Below, piece after piece: positions 1 to 7,729 of a stretch of DNA of 64,000 nucleotides (within the stretch, counting starts at the first letter, position 1; each line of letters begins with the position of its first letter). A program made the position numbers and the translations under genes. Where the stretch lies: IMG/VR virus record IMGVR_UViG_3300033067_001144; one strand, given 5' to 3'. The notes below the pieces were generated by a model, which was not told the origin of the DNA, ran no database searches, and was given only the letters and a program-made list of their open reading frames with translations. The stretch comes from an uncultured virus (IMG/VR IMGVR_UViG_3300033067_001144) (Duplodnaviria > Heunggongvirae > Uroviricota > Caudoviricetes).

Positions 1-455
1 GCAAGAAGCGCGCGGTGAAGGTTCGGGACTCGGAGGAATCCGAAGAGGGCTCGTCGGAAGCCCCCGCGAAGCCCGGTAAGTCGAAGAGCAAGTCCAAGGG
101 CAGCGAGTCGGAAGCCAGCGAGGCTCCTAAGTCCAAGAAGAGCAGGGCTCCCGTCTCGTCGGAAGATGGTTCGGAGGAAGGCTCGGAAGAGGACAGCGAG
201 CCCGCTTCGAGTGAAGCCCCCAAGTCCAAGGGGAAGAGCAAGCCCGACTCGAAGTCCAAGAAGACCGCTGCGAGCTCAGAGGCGGGAAGCGAGGATGGCT
301 CTGAAGAGGAGTCCGAGGAATCCCCGAAGGGCAAGTCGAAGGGCAAGAAAATGCCTGCGTCGGTCGACGACAGTGAAGACGGTTCCGAGGATGGTTCGGA
401 AGAGGAATCCGAAGAACCGTCGGAGAAGCCTGCCAAGAAGAAGAGCAAGAAGTAG
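1..455 (+). CDS. C-terminal part of a low-complexity Glu/Ser/Lys-rich (disordered) protein; starts before the window
   Basis: Open frame from the window edge; alternating acidic blocks (EDGSEEES) and basic blocks (KGKSK); ends EKPAKKKSKK-TAG. Confidence 0.8.
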   Translation, partial: KKRAVKVRDSEESEEGSSEAPAKPGKSKSKSKGSESEASEAPKSKKSRAPVSSEDGSEEGSEEDSEPASSEAPKSKGKSKPDSKSKKTAASSEAGSEDGSEEESEESPKGKSKGKKMPASVDDSEDGSEDGSEEESEEPSEKPAKKKSKK

Positions 456-466
456 CGTAGGTGGTC

Positions 467-808
467 ATGATCGATCGTCCGGTACTGCGTTCGTTGGACG
501 ACCTCCCGGTGCTTCTCGCGAAGCATCGTAAGCTGTGGGTGGTGTACTTGGGGTCGTCGCTCGACGCACAACTCGAAGTCACACTGCTCACGTGGGCGAA
601 GGCTAGTGAGGGACGGGGCCGGACGATCGTGTGGGTAGACGTACGGCAGCCCTTCACCACGAAGGACTCTCGCGTCACGGCCTTTCGCGCACCGCAGCTT
701 CGCTACTTTTCGCGCGGCAAGCGCAAGCGGAAGATCGTGGGGTTGACAGAACTCCGCACGTACATCGGCCGCCGTATGGTGCGCTGGGGCTACGGAAACC
801 GCACCTAG
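467..808 (+). CDS. Hypothetical protein, possible thioredoxin-fold without CxxC
   Basis: Pattern WVVYLG...IVWVDV...APQLRYFSRGK...IVG resembles the thioredoxin topology; no cysteines. Confidence 0.5.
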   Translation: MIDRPVLRSLDDLPVLLAKHRKLWVVYLGSSLDAQLEVTLLTWAKASEGRGRTIVWVDVRQPFTTKDSRVTAFRAPQLRYFSRGKRKRKIVGLTELRTYIGRRMVRWGYGNRT

Positions 809-888
809 TCGTTTCAGACTACACACCACCCGAAAGGGGTGAGGACTTCGAGCCTCACCCCTTTCCGTGTTTGGAGCTTCGAAGCACA

Positions 889-1149
889 ATGCCTGAATAC
901 CCGAGCATTCCCGACGTCACGTTCCGCCCGATCCCGACCTACCACAGCGGCTCTCGCTCCTACGCGATCTCAAGTGATGGTCGCGTGTGGATCGGAGAAG
1001 GCCGTTCTTGGACCCCTGTTACTCCGTTCATTCCTGGCTTCGTGTTTCTGCGGGGTGGGGCCAACCCCGAGAGCACGACACGACTAGCCATTGCCGATTT
1101 GTACCGCGCAGCCTTTCACCGCGACCTTCCCAAGGAGCCTTCCCGATGA
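889..1149 (+). CDS. Small NUMOD4-like protein with no HNH domain
   Basis: FRPIPTY...YAISSDGRVW...LYRAAF resembles NUMOD4; its stop overlaps the next start (ATGA). Confidence 0.5.
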   Translation: MPEYPSIPDVTFRPIPTYHSGSRSYAISSDGRVWIGEGRSWTPVTPFIPGFVFLRGGANPESTTRLAIADLYRAAFHRDLPKEPSR

Positions 1150-3770
1150 TGGACCTTTCCCCGTACGTCACCCGCCCTCAAGAGCCCTCCCTGCCCGGAA
1201 CGCGGGACGTGTTCTGCGTGCACAACCTCCCCACCGAGATCATCTCCGTCCTGTTCGGGAAGTACAGTCGCTCCACCAAAGGCTTGCGGGCCGAGATGGC
1301 TGCGATGCTACAAGAGACCCAAGACCTGACGGCAACCAAGGGTACGACGTTCGACCTCGCGACGGAGAAGGCCAGTAAGTTCCACAGCCTGTACACACTG
1401 GGGTATGGGCATCAGTGCTACGATGAGAAGACGGATGTACTGACATCCATTGGCTGGATGCGCTGGAGAACCGCCCTAAAACGCTGGAACAACGGGGAAC
1501 GATTCGACCTTGCTAGCCTGAATCCCAAGACAAAGGCTCTCGAATTCGTGCGTCCCCTAAGAATGATCCAGCAGCATTACAGCGGAGACATGTATCGGAT
1601 CAAGTTTTTCTCTGTTGATTTGCTGGTGACCCCCAACCACAAAATGTGGGTTGCTCCTAGCATCGCCCACCAGCAGTACGGAGAATATAGACTCCTGAAA
1701 GCCGAGGACATCGTTGGTCAATGTGTACGCTACTCCTTAACCGCGGAAGCATGGGACGGTCCTTGCCCCGATACACTTAGGATTGGAGGCAAAGACGTCC
1801 CCGCCTCCGCTTTGATGAAGATGATTGGATTCTTCATCGGGGACGGTTATCACGATCCTAGGTATCATAGTGGCGTATCTTTCAACCTCCGAAAGAAGCG
1901 CAAGATTCGGTACCTGAAGGCTATAGCCAAAGAGTGCGGTTTTGATCTTACCGTTTACGCGAACGGTAAGATTTGGGTGCGCTTCCCGGGCCTTGGGGAC
2001 TTTCTTGGCCGGTGCTACGACCAAAACAGGCGTAAACACATTCCGAGAGAATATCTAGCGTTCGGAAGGCCTATCCTCAATGAGTTGCTAGAAGGTCTGC
2101 TTAACTCGGATGGGTCAAAACGCGAAGGAGGTTACTCCTTCTGCACTTCCAGCGTTCCGCTAAAGGAGCAGTTTTTTGAGCTTGGGGTACGCCTAGGATT
2201 TGCCACCAAAGCTCGAAGGATCAACAATCCTGGAGTGCAGAAGGATACCTTTGTTCTGTCTGTGAACAGAACAAGACTCTCTCCGATCGTAAACAAGCGT
2301 AGGGCTAAGATTGTAGACCACTGGGAAGAATACGAAGGAGACGTGTATTGTGCGGAGCTTCCCCGTAACCATACGCTGTTCGTCCGCAGGAACGGTCGAG
2401 CTGTGTGGTCAGGGAACTCGTTGGGGGACAGCGCCTACGTCTACGTCGCGGTTGAGAACTGCTCGATGATGGCTGCGAAGGTGTTGCAGGATGCACGCTT
2501 GGCCGGGTTCATCGAGAAGAGCACGCGGTATGTTCCCTTCGACCCGAGCCAGTCGCTGGACGTAGAGTCGTTGGGAGTCCCTGCGCAGGGACGAGCCAAG
2601 GCTTCAGAAGCGTTCTCGTATCTATTGCGTGAGTACGCGGCCTTCAGCGTCAAGATCCGAGCCCATCTCGCGCAGCACGTCGAGCGACCGATGGGGCTGA
2701 AGGACGCGCAATGGGAGAAGCTCCTCGACACGAAGACGTTCGATCTGTGCAGGGGTCTTCTGCCGTTCGGAACGCGCACGAGCTTCGGGATGGCGATGGA
2801 TGCGCGGGAGCTGGCCCACTCACTGCAGAAGTGGTCTGAATCCCCCTTTCTCGAAGTGCGACTGATCGCGGAAGAGATTCGCACCGAGGCCAGCAAGGTC
2901 GTCCCGACGCTGCTCAAGCACTCCAACTCGACGGGCTACTATACCTCGCTTCGCGAGCGGCTGTCGGCTTTGAGTTCGAAGTATGACCGAGGCTCGGGTC
3001 TCGATTGGGCCAGCGAGTGCGGTACGGGGGCCTTTCGTCGAACCGAGCCTCGATTCGGGGAGCGTGACAATGTGGCTCACTGCCTGAGCACGGTTACGCC
3101 ACGACTCACGACCGAGCAGCAGCTTAAACTGCTCAAGCGAGCCATCTGCGAGGAGCACCCGTACGTCTTCGACGTGATGTCAGCCGAAGAGCTGATTCGA
3201 GCGTACCTCGAAGGCCACACGCTGCATGAACAGCCCGGTCGTGCACTTGAAGCGGTAACTTACCCGTTTCTGTGCATGGAGATGGATCTGGGAGCGTGGA
3301 GGGACATGCAGCGTCATCGCATGACGACGCAGCTCTCGTACAACGCGCTCCCTGACGGGATCAACAACCTCAAGTACCTACGGCTTGATGCCTACCTCGA
3401 TCCGTTCTGGGCGGAAGACGCTACGTTCGATGCGCTCCGGGACGAGTACCAAGCCGTGATGGACCACCAACAGTCCATCACTCACGAGCTGTTCCACTTC
3501 AGTGGTTTTGGAGCTGACCTTTCGTGGGGCCCGGCTTTGATGCCTCTCTCGACGGCCGTCGAATGGAGACCGACGCTGAACTTGCGCGAAGCCATCTACG
3601 TGGTCGAGCGTCGTTCGGTTCCCGAAGGCCATCCGACCTACCGTCGTTCCGCACAGCAACTCGCGACGTATCTCTACGAGCAACTTCCCGTCCTCAAGGG
3701 GCTGTTGCACGTCGACATGACGATGCCCACCTTCGCTCGCCAAGCCCCGCTCACCAAAGCCGCTACCTAG
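1146..3770 (+). CDS. thyX: FAD-dependent thymidylate synthase, two-domain type, intein-containing
   Basis: KYSRS, GYGHQ/S, EKSTRYV, RGLLP and WRDMQRHR motifs; ATG 1146 follows AAGGAG. Confidence 0.9.
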   Translation: MMDLSPYVTRPQEPSLPGTRDVFCVHNLPTEIISVLFGKYSRSTKGLRAEMAAMLQETQDLTATKGTTFDLATEKASKFHSLYTLGYGHQCYDEKTDVLTSIGWMRWRTALKRWNNGERFDLASLNPKTKALEFVRPLRMIQQHYSGDMYRIKFFSVDLLVTPNHKMWVAPSIAHQQYGEYRLLKAEDIVGQCVRYSLTAEAWDGPCPDTLRIGGKDVPASALMKMIGFFIGDGYHDPRYHSGVSFNLRKKRKIRYLKAIAKECGFDLTVYANGKIWVRFPGLGDFLGRCYDQNRRKHIPREYLAFGRPILNELLEGLLNSDGSKREGGYSFCTSSVPLKEQFFELGVRLGFATKARRINNPGVQKDTFVLSVNRTRLSPIVNKRRAKIVDHWEEYEGDVYCAELPRNHTLFVRRNGRAVWSGNSLGDSAYVYVAVENCSMMAAKVLQDARLAGFIEKSTRYVPFDPSQSLDVESLGVPAQGRAKASEAFSYLLREYAAFSVKIRAHLAQHVERPMGLKDAQWEKLLDTKTFDLCRGLLPFGTRTSFGMAMDARELAHSLQKWSESPFLEVRLIAEEIRTEASKVVPTLLKHSNSTGYYTSLRERLSALSSKYDRGSGLDWASECGTGAFRRTEPRFGERDNVAHCLSTVTPRLTTEQQLKLLKRAICEEHPYVFDVMSAEELIRAYLEGHTLHEQPGRALEAVTYPFLCMEMDLGAWRDMQRHRMTTQLSYNALPDGINNLKYLRLDAYLDPFWAEDATFDALRDEYQAVMDHQQSITHELFHFSGFGADLSWGPALMPLSTAVEWRPTLNLREAIYVVERRSVPEGHPTYRRSAQQLATYLYEQLPVLKGLLHVDMTMPTFARQAPLTKAAT
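1416..2417 (+). mobile_element. Intein with LAGLIDADG homing endonuclease in ThyX (334 aa)
   Basis: Starts CYDEKTDVLT; block B VTPNHKM; IGFFIGDG and LEGLLNSDGS; ends VRRNGRAVWSGN followed by Ser+1. Confidence 0.92.
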
Positions 3771-3778
3771 GAGCCTTC

Positions 3779-4057
3779 ATGTCCCTCGCGACCCTGCTCG
3801 ACATCGGAGAAGCCATTCGTCTCTCCGGGGCCGACGACCCGGCCAACGCGGTCGGCTTCTCCTTCTCGCTCGCTCCCAAAGACGCAACCAACCCCGATGG
3901 GGAGTGGAGTGGCTCGGTGAGCATTCTCGTGCAGAACGCACACAACCCGAAGGAAGTCGGAGCAGGGTTTCGCGAGGACGTGATTGGGACCGACCGTGCC
4001 GACGTAGAGCAGAAGCTCGCAGCCATCCTTCGTCCGTTTCGGAGCAAGGCCCCGTGA
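3779..4057 (+). CDS. Hypothetical protein
   Basis: AGGAG then ATG; fills the gap between thyX and topA. Confidence 0.7.
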   Translation: MSLATLLDIGEAIRLSGADDPANAVGFSFSLAPKDATNPDGEWSGSVSILVQNAHNPKEVGAGFREDVIGTDRADVEQKLAAILRPFRSKAP

Positions 4058-5961
4058 CCAGCGCCCTCGTCGTCATCGAATCCCCCGGCAAGAAGCACAC
4101 GTTGGGGGAGGTTCTCCGTCGGTACGATCCGAAGACGAAGTGGGTGGTACTCGCAACCAAGGGTCACCTTCGGGACCTTCCGAAGAAGCACCTCGGGGTG
4201 GCAACCGACGCGGGCTTTACGATTCAGTGGGTGTCGAAGAACCCTGGCTTCAAGACGCACCTTCGCAAGGTACTTGGGGACATGGATCGCGTGTACCTCG
4301 CCTCCGATGCCGACCGAGAGGGAGAAGAGATCGCAGCCGCGGTGGAGTCGTTCCTTCCCAAGAAGCTCTCGATCCCCGTGCAGCGGCTTCGCATTCGAGC
4401 CATCACGGAAGAGGGAGTTCGACAGGCCTTTCTCGCGCTCAACGAGAACGACACGATCGACCGCAACCTCGTCGCAGCGCAGCATGCGCGTCGGGCTCTC
4501 GACCGCCTATTCGGCTACACCCTCAGTCCCAAGTGCTGGAGGTTTCTGGGCCCTGGGATGGCCACGGGCCGGGTGCAAGCCTGTGTGCTTCATGCGTTGG
4601 TGGAGCACGCACACGATCGACTCGCGAGCCACCGAGCGGAAGAGATCACCGAGGTTCACGTTCCGCTACAAGGAACAACGGTGCAAGCGCATGCAGGCCC
4701 GTTCGAGGACCCACAGGACGCGAACAAGCTCCTCAAGCACATCGCGCAGAATCCTACATCCCCTGTGCTTCGCACAAGCACTCGGGTTGAGGCCCCTCCG
4801 CGGCCCTGCACGACCGCCTCTATTCTCCGTGCTGCAGGGGCTTGGAAGCAAGACCCGGGCTCGGCACAACGGGACCTCCAAGCCCTATACGAACGCGGGC
4901 TCATCACCTACCCGCGCACGGACAACGCACAGATCACTTCGCAAAAGTTCCTGACGGCTGCGAAGGCCTACGTCAAAGCCCAGGACACAAAGTGGTGGCA
5001 CGGTCCCCACGCACCCCCGAAGCAAGGCAAGATCGGTACCGCGTCGTCGGAGGCGCACGAGGCCGTACGACCCACGGCCCTGTCGATCTTCCCGTCGCAT
5101 GCGAAGGTGAAGAGTCTGCCCCCGCAGCAAGTTCGCATGTATCGGCACGTGTGGGCCACGACAATCGGTTCGCTTGGACACGTCGCTCAGTGTGAAGAAA
5201 CGATCGCGATCTGGAAGACTCCGCACGGGCAGCTTCACGCGACGTTCTTTCGCTACACGGATCGCGGCTACCACGATCCCTCATTGGGCCTCTTCGCACG
5301 GGGTGAATCTGTGCTTCCGACGGAGCTCGATCTCGTGCTCAAGGATTCACAAGTCGAGACGTTCGAGAAGCCTCCAATCCCGCATCACACTCCCGCAGCC
5401 GTGGTGAAGTGGATGGAGAAGCAGGGGGTGGGCCGACCCGCGACCTACGCAGCCACCCTCGATCGCCTCCTCTGGCACAAGGTCATCTGGAAGGACACGC
5501 ACGTCGGGACCAGTGCACGCGGGGTGCTGCTTGACCAGTTCCTGCAAGACACGCTCTCGAAGCTGCTCGACCCCGAGTTCACCGCACGGATGGAGCGCGA
5601 CTTGGACCGCGTAGCTCTGGGGTCGAAGAGCTACGAAGCCATTGTCGGCAAGCACTGGGAGTGGCTGCAACGTCACCTTCCCGTTCAAGCCGTGATGGGT
5701 CCGAAGTGTCCGGGGTGCTCCAAGCCGTTGCGCCTCAAGGTTACACGCTCCTCGGCTCCGTTCGGGTACTGCGGCTCGTGCAAGAAACAGCATGATCTCG
5801 CGTGGTCGAAGAACCACAGCGCGAAGCTCCTCCCGCTCCAGCCGAAGCGCTACTGCCCGCAGTGCAAAGCCTCGCACAAGCACACGTTGCGCGCGGTACG
5901 CGGGCTCGTGATGAGCACGTGCGCGTCCTGCAAAACCCAACACACGGTGGATCGCCTCTAG
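4054..5961 (+). CDS. topA: DNA topoisomerase type IA
   Basis: TOPRIM motifs IESPGK, KGHLRDL, ASDADREGEEIA; GRVQ; catalytic ITYPRTD; AHEAVRPT; GRPATYA; C-terminal CxxC zinc ribbons. Confidence 0.95.
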   Translation: MTSALVVIESPGKKHTLGEVLRRYDPKTKWVVLATKGHLRDLPKKHLGVATDAGFTIQWVSKNPGFKTHLRKVLGDMDRVYLASDADREGEEIAAAVESFLPKKLSIPVQRLRIRAITEEGVRQAFLALNENDTIDRNLVAAQHARRALDRLFGYTLSPKCWRFLGPGMATGRVQACVLHALVEHAHDRLASHRAEEITEVHVPLQGTTVQAHAGPFEDPQDANKLLKHIAQNPTSPVLRTSTRVEAPPRPCTTASILRAAGAWKQDPGSAQRDLQALYERGLITYPRTDNAQITSQKFLTAAKAYVKAQDTKWWHGPHAPPKQGKIGTASSEAHEAVRPTALSIFPSHAKVKSLPPQQVRMYRHVWATTIGSLGHVAQCEETIAIWKTPHGQLHATFFRYTDRGYHDPSLGLFARGESVLPTELDLVLKDSQVETFEKPPIPHHTPAAVVKWMEKQGVGRPATYAATLDRLLWHKVIWKDTHVGTSARGVLLDQFLQDTLSKLLDPEFTARMERDLDRVALGSKSYEAIVGKHWEWLQRHLPVQAVMGPKCPGCSKPLRLKVTRSSAPFGYCGSCKKQHDLAWSKNHSAKLLPLQPKRYCPQCKASHKHTLRAVRGLVMSTCASCKTQHTVDRL

Positions 5962-5968
5962 GAGTTCC

Positions 5969-6412
5969 ATGCCACGGTACGAAGACCTCACCGATGAACA
6001 GCTCTACGCAGGCGCTTACCCAGAAGCACTTGCGCACATCGAATGCCTTTGCCTGGACATGCAGGATCTAGCCAAACATGCACGAGATTACCTGCGAAGT
6101 ACGTTTCGTGAGAACAGCATCGATCTTCACACGGTTCCCGAATGGGCCTGGACTCCTGTTGGGGACTTTATCCGCGTGTATGAGGAACTCACGAAGCGCT
6201 TCATTCTGAAGCTCAACGAAGACCCGACCAACGTCACGAAGTCCAGCGTGCGCACAGCCATCGGCCAGATGCGTGCGGCTTTCGTGGACGTGACCATGGT
6301 CGTTCGCGACATCACTACGTTTCCGGACGACCTCAGGCAGATACTCTTTCAGCTCCCTGTTTTCTGTGACACCTACCTCGATCAAGCGCCTAACCACCCC
6401 CGTCTCAACTGA
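5969..6412 (+). CDS. Hypothetical protein
   Basis: GGAG RBS, co-directional ORF. Confidence 0.7.
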   Translation: MPRYEDLTDEQLYAGAYPEALAHIECLCLDMQDLAKHARDYLRSTFRENSIDLHTVPEWAWTPVGDFIRVYEELTKRFILKLNEDPTNVTKSSVRTAIGQMRAAFVDVTMVVRDITTFPDDLRQILFQLPVFCDTYLDQAPNHPRLN

Positions 6413-6493
6413 GAATACGGCCATGAGACTTGCGGGTGGTCTCATATATCCCCTTGTCCGCTCCTGCTTCACCCAACACACGGTGGATCGCCT

Positions 6494-6847
6494 ATGAGCT
6501 ACTCTTCGTGGGAACGCGCTCTGAGCAAAGAGACCGACGAGCGCTACGCATACCTGGATTCCATGATGCGTCGATTGGAATCGCTCAATCACGCACTGCA
6601 TCACTACGAGACGCAGATCGCGAATCAGTCTGAGTTTGTGCTGAAAGAAGGGGCCCTCCTCTCGATCGGCAACACCGAAGAGCTGGCTCGACTGTTTGAG
6701 GAACTCCAGGCCGAACGCACAGTCGTTGATCGTTCCACGGCCCGTGCCCTCATCCTGTCGATTCTGACGCGATCCGACGAGATGCGGCGATGCGGTCTCC
6801 TGCCTGCGCTGGACCCAACCTTCGCGAAGCTGTTGAGCCTGACATGA
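6494..6847 (+). CDS. Hypothetical protein
   Basis: ORF with ATGA overlap to the next gene. Confidence 0.65.
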   Translation: MSYSSWERALSKETDERYAYLDSMMRRLESLNHALHHYETQIANQSEFVLKEGALLSIGNTEELARLFEELQAERTVVDRSTARALILSILTRSDEMRRCGLLPALDPTFAKLLSLT

Positions 6848-7293
6848 CCGACGCTGAAATGGAGAAGCTGCCGGGCTACGTTCGCTACTGGACGGACTGT
6901 TTGACTCGTGACAGGTCCCGCTTCGAAGATAATGTCAACTATCTCCGCAGAATTCCTTCGATGGACCCTGGCAAAGCGAGGTACGCCTTCCTAGGCAAGG
7001 CGATCATTGAGACTGCGCTTTGGAACATGCGCAAGGCAACCGAGCATCTTCTCACGTATCAATCTCTCTCGACAGGTCGGTTGGAGGCCTGTCGCATAAT
7101 TGCAGAAGAGCTGCCGGATGCGATGCGTGCTGCGTTCGAGCTTCGACAATTCCTTGGGGTCTGTTTCGTAGACTTCCCGCTGGAGTCCTACTTCGACGTG
7201 TCGCAATCGTCTGTCGACGACGTTCGTGCTCAACTCTCTCGACTCTGCGCTCCGATCGATACAACGCCTCCACTGACGCAAGGGTTCGTATGA
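6844..7293 (+). CDS. Hypothetical protein
   Basis: ATGA-coupled ORF. Confidence 0.65.
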   Translation: MTDAEMEKLPGYVRYWTDCLTRDRSRFEDNVNYLRRIPSMDPGKARYAFLGKAIIETALWNMRKATEHLLTYQSLSTGRLEACRIIAEELPDAMRAAFELRQFLGVCFVDFPLESYFDVSQSSVDDVRAQLSRLCAPIDTTPPLTQGFV

Positions 7294-7676
7294 GTACCGC
7301 GCACATCCCGTCTACAGTGCGTTTTAGGTACGATCCTATACTTCCAGCGGCTCTCACGGCTCTTGCGAAAGCCATGTTTGACGAGCTTGCGAAGCCTAAG
7401 AAAGAGCACAACGCAATCTTCTCGATTCGCATGTACGGCTACGTGCAAGTCATCCCGAACATGCTCGTTGCGTTGCACGAGGAACGGGAGCACCCGGAGT
7501 CCGTTACAGCCGCGAAGGAGTTGCTTGCCATCCTTCCAAGGGCCAAAAGTTATGTGCAGCGGCTAGAAAGACTCGCGCAACACCCGCAGAGTCTGGACTT
7601 ATACACGTCGGTGCATCAATCCCTGACGAACTTCCTCGCGCAGCCTACGCCTAACCCTACCAACGCAGCCCCGTAA
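7290..7676 (+). CDS. Hypothetical protein
   Basis: ATGA-coupled ORF. Confidence 0.65.
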   Translation: MSTAHIPSTVRFRYDPILPAALTALAKAMFDELAKPKKEHNAIFSIRMYGYVQVIPNMLVALHEEREHPESVTAAKELLAILPRAKSYVQRLERLAQHPQSLDLYTSVHQSLTNFLAQPTPNPTNAAP

Positions 7677-7729
7677 AAGGTCTGTGCATTCCCTTCGTTT
7701 TCTCCCTCTCACGTGGAGTTCCCCTACGC

